Below are positions 14,213-25,382 of a stretch of 64,000 nt of DNA, one piece after another. Numbering within the stretch: the first letter of the stretch is position 1; every line of letters starts with the position of its first letter. The translations under genes were made by a program, and so were the position numbers. The notes beneath the pieces are model-generated. The model was not told the origin of the DNA. It made no database searches and saw only the letters and a list, made by a program, of their open reading frames with translations. Source of the stretch: Mobula hypostoma (taxonomy: Eukaryota); assembly GCF_963921235.1 (NCBI RefSeq), contig NC_086097.1:255504001-255568000 (forward strand), read 5' to 3'.

Positions 14213-15072
14213 GGAAACATAGAAAACCTACAGCACAATACAGGCCCACAATGCTGTGCCAAACATGTACTTACTTTAGAAATTACTTAGGGTTACCCGT
14301 AGCCCTCTTTTTCTAAGCTCCATGTACCTATCCAGGAGTCTCTTAAAAGGAGGCATGGGATCCAAGGGGACATGCCTTTGTGGATCTAGAACTGGCTTGC
14401 CCACAGAAGGCAAGGAGTAGTTGTAGACGGGTCATATTTTGCATAGAGGTGGTCACCAGTGGTGTGCCTCAGGGATCTGTTTTGGGACTCCTTCTCTCGT
14501 GATTTTTATAAATGACCTGATGAGGAAGTGGAGGGATGGGTTAGTAAATTTTCTGATGACACAAAGGTTGGGGATGTTGTGAATAGTGTGGAGGGCTGTC
14601 AGAGGTTACAGCAGGACATCAATAGGATGAAAAACTGGGCTGAAAAGTGGCAGATGGAGTTCAACCTAGATAAGTGTGAGGTGGTTTATTTTGGTAGGTC
14701 AAATATGATGGCAGAATATAGTATTACTGGTAAAAGACTCTTGGCAGTGTGGAGGATCAGAGGGATTTTGGGGTCCAAGTCCATAGGACACTCAAAGCTG
14801 CTGCGTAGGTTGAATGTGTGGTAAGGTAGTATACGGTGCATTGGCTTTCATCAATCATGGGATTGAGTTTAAGAGCCGAAAGGTAATGCTGCAACTATAT
14901 AGGACCCTTGTCAGACCCCACTTGGAGTACTGTGCTCAGTTCTGTCACCTCGCTACAGGAAGAATGTGGAAACTATAGAAAGGGTGCACAGGAGATTTAC
15001 GAGGATGCTGCCTGGATTGGAGAACTTGTTCTTTTCTCCTTGGAGCGGTGACCTGATAGAGGTGTATTAGAT

Positions 15073-15396
15073 CAGTGGTCTTCAACCTCTGGGCTGTGGA
15101 CCGATACCAGGCCGCGAAGAATGCAGCGGTAGCCGGAACGGACCCAGCACATCTTTAAGAAAAAAGCTGAAATAAACAAGCTAATTAATTCAGTGCCGCC
15201 CGGCATGTAAATATCAGAGGCCACGCAATCAGCAATCGCCTCTGATCTGGGCCGACATTTACGTGCCAGGCGGCACCTAATCAATTAGCTTGTTTATTTT
15301 GGCTTTTTTCTTAAAGATGTGCTGGGTGCATCCCGGCTACTGCTGCATTCTTCGCGGCCTGGTATCGGTCTGCGGCCCGGAGGTTGGGGACCACTG
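15073..15396. mobile_element. Palindromic hAT (Charlie/MER1-like) MITE
   Basis: Ends CAGTGGTCTTCAACC and GGTTGGGGACCACTG; ~140-bp inverted arms. Confidence 0.8.
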
Positions 15397-16046
15397 TACA
15401 GGTTTCCCCCGCCATCCAAAGGTACAGCGTTCCTATGAAATGGTTCGTAAGCCGGAATGTCGTAAAGTGAAGAAGCAATTACCATTTATTAATATGGGAA
15501 AAATTTTTGAGCGTTCCCAGACCCAAAAAATAACCTACAAAATCATGCCAAATAACACACAAAACCTAAAATAACAGTAACATATAGTAAAAGCAGGAAT
15601 TATATGATAAATACACAGCCTATATAAAGTAGAAATACTTTTTTGCAGCACTGTCTAGCACAGCGAAAATCTCGTGGAAGCACTCTTGGCAAAAACACGG
15701 CGCAAGCGCTCTCAGCAGAAACACTCTCTCCAGTAACCTTTAAGCTATGAAGCTGCCAAATCATACCAAATAACACAAAAATACACAACCTATATGAAGT
15801 AGAAATAATGTATGTACAGTGTAGCAACACACATAAAAGCTGCTGGTGAACGCAGCAGGCCAGGCAGCACCTCTAGGAAGAGGTACAGTCGATGTTTCGG
15901 GCCGAGACCCTTCGTCTGGACTAACTGAAAGAAAGAGCTAGTAAGAGATTTGAAAGTGGGAAGGGGAGATCCGAAATGATAGGAGAAGACGGGAGGGGGG
16001 AGGGATGGAGCCAAGAGCTGGACAGTTGATTGGCAAAAGGGATATG

Positions 16047-16141
16047 GGAGGAGATGGAGGAGATGGAGGAGATGGAGGAGAGGGAGGAGATGGAGGAGAT
16101 GGAGGAGATGGAGGAGATGGAGGAGATGGAGGAGATGGAGA
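16047..16141. repeat. (GGAGGAGAT)n 9-mer tandem repeat, ~10 copies
   Basis: Directly visible in the sequence. Confidence 0.95.
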
Positions 16142-16229
16142 ATATATAAATACAAAAATAACAGATGGGGTACGAGGGGGAGGTGGGGCATTAACAGAAG
16201 TTAGAGAAGTCAATGTTCCTGCCATCAAG

Positions 16230-16661
16230 TTAGATGGTTAGATAGATTGATAGACAGACAGACAGACTTTATTGATCCTGAGGGAAATTGGGTTTCGTTA
16301 CAGTTGCACCAACCAAGAATAGGGTATAAATATAGCAATACAAAAACTATAAATAATTAAATAATAATACGTAAATTATGCCAGGAAATAAGCCCAGGAC
16401 CAGCCTATTGGCTCAGGGTGTCTGACCCTCCAAGGGAGGAGTTGTAAAGTTTGATAGCCACAGGCAGGAATGACTTCCTATGACGCTCAGTGTTGCATCT
16501 CAGTGGAATGAGTCTCTGGCTGAATGTACGCCTGTGGCCAAACAGTACATTATGTAGTGGATGGGAGACATTGTCCAAGATGGCATGCAACTTGGACAGC
16601 ATCCTCTTTTCAGACACCACCGTCAGAGAGTCCAGTTCCATCCCCACAACATCACTGGCCT
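16230..16661 (-). mobile_element. Rex1/Babar-like LINE 3' end nested in the Penelope element
   Basis: ILDNVSHPLH...CNTERHRKSFLPVAIKLYN C-terminus; (GATA)/(GACA) microsatellite tail. Confidence 0.8.
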
Positions 16662-17232
16662 TAAGAATGAATGGAGGCTACCTAGACGGAATATATGGTG
16701 CTGTTCCTCCAACCTGGGTGTGGCTTCACCTTCACAGTAGAGTTGGCCGTGGATAGGCATATCAGAATGGAAATGGGATGTGGAATTAAAATGTGTGGCC
16801 ACTGGGAGATCCTGCTTTCTCTGGTGGATAGAGCGTAGGTGTTCAGCGAAACTGTCTCCCAGTCTGCATCGGGTCAAGCCAATATATAGAAGGCCGCATT
16901 GGGAGCGCCGGACGCAGTATATCACCCCAGCCGACTCACAGGTGAAGTGTCGCCTCACCTGGAAGGACTGTCTGGGGCCCTGAATGGTAGTGCGGGAGGA
17001 AGAGTAAGGGCATGTGTAGCACTTGTTCCGCTTACAAGGATAAGTGCCGGGAGGGAGATCAGTGGGGAGGGATGGGTGGGGGGGGGAACGACGCATCCCC
17101 ATGATCCTCTCATATCCCTTTTGCCAATCAACTGTCCAGCTCTTGGCTCCTTCCCTCCCCCTCCTGTCTTCTCCTATCATTTTGGATCTCCCCCTCCCCC
17201 TCTCGCATCTCTTACTAGCTCTTCTTTCTGTT

Positions 17233-17268
17233 AGTCCTGATGAAGGGTCTCGGCCCGAAACGTCGACT
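17233..17268 (+). ncRNA. Minimal type I hammerhead ribozyme in a Penelope pLTR
   Basis: AGUC-CUGAUGA-A-GGGU(CUCG)GCCC-GAAA-C-GUC^GACU: stem I AGUC/GACU, intact core, palindromic ACGU stem III. Confidence 0.8.
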
Positions 17269-20068
17269 GTACCTCTTCCTAGAGATGCTGCCTGGCCTGC
17301 TGCGTTCACCAGCAACTTTTATGTGTGTTGTCTGAAATTCCAGCATCTGCAGATTTCCTCGTGTTTGCGTATGTATAGTGTCGTTTCACTTAGCGGAATT
17401 GGGAAGACTCCAATAAATTGCAGTTTCGTCACAGTTAGACACTTGCTTATACGAATAACCACTTGACACAATCGGCACCTAATTAATTAGCTTGTTTATT
17501 TCGGCTTTTTTCTTAAAAGATGTGCTGGGTGCATTCCGACTACCACTGCACTCTTCGCAGCAATTTATCAGTCGGTGGCTCAGAGGTTGGGGACCACTGC
17601 TTAAACTATGAAGCTGCCCTTGCCTCAGAAACCGATCAAACCACCTATGACTACCTTTAAATTCCACTTTCATCACCATCGTCCAGTGCTTTCTGTTTCA
17701 GCTTATCAAAAAGACTGACTGATTTCTCCTTAAGTCTAAGAAAAGTTAACGGAACACCACCCTCAATCCACTCAAGCAATAGACTTTCCATTTTATCCAT
17801 TACTGGATGCCGACTAAGAGAGGCCACTTTGCTACAAGCAAAACCAACAGTAACATCGGCAGCTTTCAAAATTCTTTCTCCCTGCGTATAAATAGTGCAA
17901 ATGGTGGACGCAGGTAAGTTCAACGTGCAGACAATGTCCTTACTTCGTTCACCACAATCGAAACGCTTAATTATGTCTAGTTTTACGCTAAGTGTAACAC
18001 CCTTATGAGCTCTCTTAGGCTTTTCCGATACCTTAGAACTCATCTTGCTAATGGATGCACAAAATAAATCAGGATAAAGCACGTGTTTAAGCAATGGCGG
18101 CTAGAATGCAGTTCCGGGGAAGGAGCTTGGCTGTTCAGGCGCGCGCTCCCTTTTTTCCTAACAGTGAAAACACCTTCTGTTAGCGAAAACAGGCAACTAA
18201 TGTAGGTCTTTCATATCAGCGAGGTGTCGTAAAGTGGAAGTTCGGAAAACAGGGGCCACCTGTATTCGAAGATGAGAGGCATTGATCGTGTGGATGCTCA
18301 GAGGGTTTTTCCCCTAGAGCTGAAAAGGCTAACACGAGGGGGCAGTTCTAAGGTGCTTGGAAGCAGGTACAGAGGAGATGTCGGGGTAAGTTTTTTTTAT
18401 ATAAACGCTGAGAGTGGTGAGTGCATGGAGTGGGCTGCCGGTGATGGTGCTGGAGGCGGACACGATAAGATGTTTTAAGAGACTCCTGTGGATAGGTACA
18501 TGGAGCTTAGAAAAATAGAGGGCTATGGGTAACCCCAGGTACTTTCCAAAATGATCACATGTTCAGCATGGCATCATGGGCCAAAGGGCCTGTGTTGTGC
18601 TGTAGGTTTTCTGTGTCTCTATGTAAATTGGAAGGAGCTGCTGGCAGGGATGTCAGCAGAGCAACAATAGCATGCGTTTCTGGGAAAAATGAGGAAGGTG
18701 CAGGACATGCGTATTCAGAAAATGAAGAAATACTCAAATGGTAAAATAGTACAACCATGGCTGACAAGGCAAGTCAAGGCTATTGTAAAAGCAGAGGGAA
18801 GGGCATACAATAAAGCAAAAATTAGTGCGAAGGTAGAGGATTGGGAAGCTTTTTAAAAACCAACTGAGAGCAACTAAAAAAAAATCATTAGAAGGGAAAT
18901 GATGAAATATAAAACCAAGCTAGCAAATAAAATCAAAGTGGATAGTAAAAGTTTTTTCAAGTATGTTAAAAATAAAACAGAAATTGAGAATGGACACAGG
19001 ACCGCTAAAAAATGAGGCAGGAGAAATAATAATGGGAACAAGGAGAAGGTTGTTGAACTAAATGAGTATTTTGTGTCAGTCTTCACTGTGGAAGGCACTA
19101 AAAGTATGCCTGATGTTGCAGTGTGTGAAGGAAGAGAAGTGGGTGCAGCTACTAATACAAGAGAGGTGGTGCTCAAAAAGCTGGAACATAAGTCACCCAG
19201 ACCAGATGAATTGCACCCTAGGGTTCTTAAGGAGGTAGCATTATAGATAGTAGTGGCATTAGAAATGATCATTGGACTCTGGCATGGTGCCAGAGGACTG
19301 GAAAATTGCAAATGTGATTCCACTCTTGAAGAAAGGAGGGAGGCAGCAGAATCAGAATCAGAACCAGGTTTATTATTACCAGCATGTGACGTGAAATTTG
19401 TTAACTTAGCAGCACAGTTCAATGCAATACATTATCTAGCAGAGAAAAAATAATAATAAATAAATTACAGTATATGTATATTGAATAGATTAAAAAATGC
19501 AAAATCAGAAATACGGTATACAAGGTGAGGTAGTGTCCAAGGATAATGTCCATTTAGGAATTGGATGGCAGAGGGGAAGCAGCTGTTCTTGAATTGCTGA
19601 GGCTACGTCCACACTAGACCGGATAATTTTGAAAACGCCGGTTGAGTAAAAACGACAGGCGTTTTTCAAAATATCTCTGTCCACACTAAAACGGATATTT
19701 CGGCGAATCCATTCCTACTGGGCATGCGCAGACACATCTACAGAAAACAAGCTAAGAGGAAACGGTATAATATTTACGTTTCCGTGGCGGCGTTGTGCGA
19801 TTTCCATTGGTCAAAAACTAGAGTACCAACAACAACAGCGAAAGAAAGTTTTCAACAATGTCTTCAAGGAATACAAAGAAAACCTCCACTGGAAAAAATC
19901 AGACCGCACTCCTTCGTTGAGACAGACAATGAAGTCAAGCCGTTTCTGCGAGTTACAAACAACTACAAAGTCAGCAGAGCAGTGGAGAACGTGGCGATGT
20001 TTAACTCCAAACAAGCTATTAATGTAGACAATAAAGTAAACAACACATGCATGAAGCTGCCCTCTACC

Positions 20069-20929
20069 TGTGACAAGAATACACATAAAAATTAAGATGT
20101 TTGCTGGCCTGGGTTAGCATCAGTGACATCAGCAAGTGGTCTGCCACCTGCCCTCAGGGGAAGGAGAGATAAGGAACAATGGAGCAGCGTCTGGAGATGT
20201 GTAATGAAGGGACGGGGGAGAGAGAGCTGTCTGAAGCGGCTCCCCCCTTTGAACCTTGAACTGTTTGAAGTGATGGACAGGCGATACCCCAGCAGGGGGA
20301 TAAAAAGGGACCGGTTCGCTAAGGCAGGACACACACGCCACCCGAGGTAACGAGACCCTGGAAGCGGTACGCTTCTCACGAGTCAGTGGGAAGTACCAGA
20401 CAATGGCCAGGGTGGAAAGGTACGATCAGCGGGAACCCGGTCCGCCCTTGCCTGGGTGCCGGGTTCACTGCAGAGGATCGACCGCATCTGGAGGAGGGGT
20501 CACAGTCGGTGACCTCAGGTGACATCACCAAGGACCCGCCCAAAAAAGCTGCTTGTGAGCCATATCGCCGGTCTGTGAGTGAAGCCGTGTCTGAATGATC
20601 AGTTGTTCCTGTTCCCTCTCTCTCTTCCCCCACGTTGTCCATCGCCATGGCAACGATTACTGCGAACTGAACTACTAAACTGGACTGAACTTTGAGTCAC
20701 TTTGAAATTTGGTCATTTACCCCTAGACAACGATAGAGCTTGATTGATGCTGTTATCTTAAATTCTGTGCACATGTGTGTTTAGCATCGCTGAACTGTTG
20801 CATTTATTATCCTTTCGATTACTGTGTTGCTTGTTTCTTTAATAAAACTTTCTTAGTTCTAGTACTCCAGACTCCAACCGAGTGATCCATTTCTGCTGGT
20901 TTGGCAACCCAGTTACGGGGTACGTAACA
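20069..20929 (+). repeat. 5' LTR (861 bp)
   Basis: TGTGACAAGAAT...CGTAACA; direct repeat of 24086-24929; AATAAA at 20841. Confidence 0.95.
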
Positions 20930-20933
20930 TAAG

Positions 20934-20952
20934 TGGGGTTCTCGTCCGCGAT
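20934..20952 (+). promoter_or_regulatory. Primer-binding site, tRNA-Pro-like
   Basis: TGGGGTTCTCGTCCGCGAT versus the canonical Pro PBS TGGGGGCTCGTCCGGGAT; 4 nt after the LTR. Confidence 0.8.
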
Positions 20953-21028
20953 TTTGAACGCTAAATTTGGGACGGAGTAAATTGATTGGGTTAAAATTCC
21001 CGAAAGAAAGAAAAGACAAACAGCAGAA

Positions 21029-23911
21029 ATGGAGGCTGAGGAATTTATAAAGGCGCCGACCTTGGAGGCATTAGAGGATGCCAGGAAATCGGAATTGATA
21101 GCTGTGGCCAAACGGTTGAATCTTGCTAAGGTGAAGTCGACAATGAGGAGAGAGGAGATACACAGAGCTATTGTAGAGCACTATGTATCTAAAGGTGTGT
21201 TTCCCCAAGGTGAGCTGGGGGTGGTGTCTATTGAAAAACCTGCTGGAGACGCAGTACAGGTACAGCTTGAAAAACTGAGACTCGAGCACGAGTTCCGGGT
21301 ACGGCAGTTAGAACACGAAGAGAAGCAGTTAGAAAGGGAGAGAGAAGAGAAAGAGAGAGAGAGACGGTTAGAGAGAGAGGAGAAAGAGAGGCAATGGGAG
21401 CGAGAAGAGAGAGGGAAACAGAGGGAAAGGGAATTTGAGCTGGAGAAGTTAAAGATAAGGGCCGAGCAGGGGCTCGTGCCGAACCAAGGTGGAGGGTTCC
21501 AGGCGACCCAGGAGGTTAGGCTGGTTCCCCCATTTGACGATACCGACGTGGATCGGTACTTCCTCCACTTCGAAAAAGTGGCTATAAGTCAGGACTAGCC
21601 GAGGGATAAGTGGGTTGTCTTACTTCAGAGTGTACTGAAAGGGAAAGCCCAAGAAGCTTACTCAGCTTTATCCGCGGAAGATGCCCAGAGGTATGAGGTG
21701 GTAAAAGAGGCCATCCTCAGGATTTATGAGTTGGTCCCGGAGGCATACCGGCAGAGGTTCCGGAATGCGAGGAAGCGGTGGGACCGCACGTATTTGGAGT
21801 TTGCCCGTGAGATGCAGACATATTGTGAGCGTTGGTGCGCCTCAAAGGGGGTAGAGGGGGATTATGACAGACTGCTACAACTGATCCTGATTGAGCAGTT
21901 TAAAGATTGTGTCCCTGAGGGTATGAGACCCTACCTAGATGAGAAAGAGGCAGCCACGTTAGCCGCAACTGCTAAGTTAGTGGATGAGTATGCGTTGACG
22001 CATAAAATGAAGTTTGCCCCGAGTAAAGGCTACCAGAAGGGTAGTCAGGACGGCGGGGAGAGTCCGCCGGAAAAGTCAGAAAGTAAGCCGGGGACTAGTG
22101 AAAAGGATAAGGTAGACCGGGAGCAGTCTGGTAGGAAGTCTCCTGGGGTCATCTGTTATAATTGTGGGAAAGCCGGACACTTTGCGTCCAGGTGCTTTGC
22201 CCCAAAGAAGGAGGCGGGAAAAGGAAAAACGGCAATGTTGAATGGCTGTATTGAGCAGTTAAGCGAACCGCTAGGGAAGGACAGGTCTGAAAAAGTCCAG
22301 GAAGGGCGCGAGAGGTTTATCTCGGCCGGACTGGTGTCAGTGAAGGAGAGGTTAAAACCAGTTCCAGTGCGGATCTGGAGAGACAGGGGAGCATGTCAGT
22401 CACTAATACTGAAGAGTGTATTAGAGTTTAGCTCAGAGACTGAGACTGGGGAGGTAGAGGTCAAAGGTGTTGGGGAAGGGACAGAGTCAGTCCCTTTGCA
22501 CCAGATACACTTACAGAGCAACCTGGTCTCTGGACTAGTCACGATCGGGGTGAGGTCTGAATTACCGATGAAAGACGTGGAAGTCTTGCTCGGTAATGAC
22601 ATCGCCGGTGGAATCGTGTTCCCAGTCGTGAGATTGACAGGTCAGCCTGCCAGCATTGAGGCCCCGCCCATGGACTCACAGGTTCATCACGGGCCCGCGA
22701 TAGTGAATTTAGCTGAAACGTTTCTGCCAACCTTGTATGAGACGGGGTGTAGTGAGACAAGAGGTAGTGAGGGAGCTGGGACGGACGTAGCAGTAGCCAG
22801 GAAAGAATTTGTGCAGACGCAGGAGCGAGACGAGGGTCTGATGGTTTTGGCAGAGACAGCTCTCTCTGACACAGCTTTAACAAGGGAACTAGTAGGCTAT
22901 TGTGCGGAGGAGGAAGTGCTAAGGAAGAAAGGGAAATCAAGGACAGTACCCGCAGATGAGGAATGGGGGGTGGTGCAAAAGAGTTATGGGGATGAGGTTT
23001 TTAACATGGCCCACGAGGTACCCCCCAGTGGACATTTTACGGTGCTAGAGGAAACAGTTGGTGGAATCATGAAAGAGATTTACCGGCTGCCCAGGGGGAA
23101 AAATGTTATTGATCATGACCGACGCGAACTGAGACGGTCACCGGCTTTTGATATGCTAACAAACCAAGTCGGTGTTAGCGTGGAAATCAATGAAGCTAGG
23201 GGCCCCCTGATAAGAGGAAAAAACCATTTTGAAAAGATTAGGATGGGATCGGTCAGATGGGAGAAGGCTATTGTTTTGGCCAGGTCTACTGATAAGGTCT
23301 ATCCCTTAATCCCCGAACAAAGCGAATCTTTAGAAGAAGTAATTAAACAACTCGCACCCGTGTGTTTGATTGTCCCGAGGCAATGCAAAGAACTGGGACG
23401 TTGGGTGATGTCTGTTACAATAGGTCAGCCTAGCAAACAACACTCATATTTAATGAGTAATTCAGTGACTAAAGGGCTGAGGAACACAGAGGTGTGTATT
23501 GGCAATTTAATACGGCTGTCTGAAGCCAGCTTGATAGTGAACCTTGAAAAAAATGAATTCGGCCACACGAGGGTCACTTACCTGGGAATTGTGGTGACAC
23601 AGGGGCAGCTGGCAGTGATGCAAGCTACAGTGCAGGCTATCGCTGACCTCCCAACCCCGACAGACAAGAGGGCCCTCAGAAGGCTCTTGGAGATGGTGGG
23701 GTACTGCAGGAAGTTTTGCAATAACTCTGCGGTCAATACCCGTCCCCCTCCTACTAAGCCCTTGCGAGAGAAAACTGAGTCGGAATGGGACGACCCTTGT
23801 TATTGTGGTCCGGGACAAAACCAAATGAGAGGTTACATTGGTCGCAATTCATCAGTGTTTTTGGCCACTATGAAGTTTGCTGAGTTGGAGCCTGGTCTAA
23901 GGGATTATTAA
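21029..23911 (+). pseudogene. gag-pro-(partial integrase/RT) single frame with one in-frame TAG at 21596-21598
   Basis: ORFs starting 21029 and 21698 share a frame; CYNCGKAGHFASRC knuckle; WRDRGACQSLI protease-like site; AHEVPPSGHF; VTYLGIVV...RRLLEMVGYCRKF RT end. Confidence 0.85.
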
Positions 23912-24072
23912 TAACACGTGTAAAAGGAACAGAAAATGCGATGACTGTCTGTCAAGGTGTTGACAAGTTCAAACTCGCTGTGTTAGCCAAATAGCTGATA
24001 AAGATGTATATTTGTGCGTGTATCAAATAATGTATTCATGTTTGTAATTTTTACCTCCCGGTAAAAATCCTT

Positions 24073-24085
24073 AAAAGGGGGGAAG
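24073..24085 (+). promoter_or_regulatory. Polypurine tract
   Basis: AAAAGGGGGGAAG immediately before the 3' LTR. Confidence 0.85.
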
Positions 24086-24929
24086 TGTGACGAGAATACA
24101 CATAAAAATTAAGATGTTTGCTGGCCTGGGTTAGCATCAGTGACATCAGCAAGTGGTCTGCCACCTGCCCTCAGGGGAAGGAGAGATAAGGAACAATGGA
24201 GCAGCGTCTGGAGATGTGTAATGAAGGGACGGGGGAGAGAGAGCTGTCTGGAGCGGCTCCCCCCTTTGAACCTTGAACTGTTTGAAGTGATGGACAGGCG
24301 ATACCCCAGCAGGGGGATAAAAAGGGACCGGTTCGCTAAGGCAGGACACACACGCCACCCGAGGTAACGAGACCCTGGAAGCGGTGGGAAGTACCAGACA
24401 ACGGCCAGGGTGGAAAGGTACGATCAGCGGGAACCCGGTGTGTGTCCGCCCTTGCCTGGGTGCCGGGTTCACTGCAGAGGATCGACCGCATCTGGAGGAG
24501 GGGTCACAGTCGGTGACCTCAGGTGACATCACCAAGGACCCGCCCAAAAAAGCTGCTTGTGAGCCATATCGCCGGTCTGTGAGTGAAGCCGTGTCTGAAT
24601 GATCAGTTGTTCCTGTTCCCTCTCTTCCTCCACGTTGTCCAGCGCCATGGCAACGATTACTGCGAACTGAACTACTAAACTGGACTGAACTTTGAGTCAC
24701 TTTGAAATTTGGTCATTTACCCCTAGACAACGATAGAGCTTGATTGATGCTGTTATCTTAAATTCTGTGCACATGTGTGTTTAGCATCGCTGAACTGTTG
24801 CATTTATTATCCTTTCGATTACTGTGTTGCTTGTTTCTTTAATAAAACTTTCTTAGTTCTAGTACTCCAGACTCCAACTGAGTGATCCATTTCTGCTGGT
24901 TTGGCAACCCAGTTACGGGGTACGTAACA
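24086..24929 (+). repeat. 3' LTR (844 bp)
   Basis: TGTGACGAGAAT...CGTAACA; few substitutions and small indels relative to the 5' LTR. Confidence 0.95.
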
Positions 24930-25382
24930 TACCCAAGATCAACAAGAAAGTGGAATCTTCTGCCGCCAGACCTGCGTAGTATTTCTGACATTAATATTTT
25001 TAAAGATAGACTCAATCAAATCAACTTAGGGGATCTAGTCAAAAAAGCTCACTTTACAATTTAACTCTCACGCCGTTCACACCGATTGCGCATTATAACA
25101 GCCGTCGAGCAGTGCTTGCGCAGTACCAAGCAGAAGCAGAAACAGCAACAGCATTGCTGTTGTGGTGTTGTCATGACAGAGTTTTCAGATATCTCCGCTT
25201 ACCCTGTCCACACTGCAACGCCGAATAATCGTTTTCAAATTTACACACTCTGGACAGTGTTTTAGAAAAGCTCAGTTTTCAGGGGATGAAAACGCCGTTT
25301 CAGTGTGGACGGAGGGTCAAAACGAAGAGAAAAAGCTTCATTTTCAAAATTATCTGGCATAGTGTGGACGTAGCCTGAGTGT

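Larger units (their letters stand above)
15825..17368 (-). mobile_element. Penelope-like element, GIY-YIG remnant with inverted terminal repeats
   Basis: FTCESAGVIYCVRRSQCGLLYIGLTRCRLGDSFAEH; inverted pLTR copies; flanks GTATGTACAGTGTAG and GTATGTATAGTGTCG. Confidence 0.9.
15399..18262 (-). mobile_element. Internally deleted Tigger/pogo DNA transposon with CENP-B-type HTH transposase remnant (~17660-18045)
   Basis: TA|CAGGTTTCCCCCG ... CAGGGGCCACCTG|TA; KGVTLSVKLDIIKRFDCGE...MDKMESLLLEWIE. Confidence 0.85.
14214..18620 (+). mobile_element. CR1 RT/3' end (14350-15066 and 18268-18620) split by DNA transposons; inverted CR1 tail at 14214-14349
   Basis: FSDDTKVG and WQMEFN motifs; ...GATAGAGGTGTAT continues as AAGATGAGAGGCATTGATCG after the insertions. 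Confidence 0.75.
20069..24929 (+). mobile_element. Gypsy (Gmr1-like) LTR retrotransposon with two LTRs and internally deleted pol
   Basis: TG...CA LTRs, TACC target duplication (20065-20068 and 24930-24933), PBS, PPT, gag with CCHC. Confidence 0.95.
19601..25375 (+). mobile_element. Non-autonomous PIF/Harbinger element interrupted by an LTR retrotransposon
   Basis: TIRs GGCTACGTCCACACTA and TAGTGTGGACGTAGCC; 3-bp TGA duplication; Myb-like remnant SFVETDNEVKPFLRVTNNYK. Confidence 0.8.

Noticed and set aside
15790..16241. ORFs with LHL, PPS or GGD repeats (collagen-like)
   Set aside because: Translations of a 9-mer tandem repeat inside a Penelope element
21596..21598. Programmed gag-pol stop readthrough
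   Set aside because: The TAG lies mid-gag, before the CCHC knuckle, at a position where W is expected (W-P-x-x-x-W); more likely a point mutation
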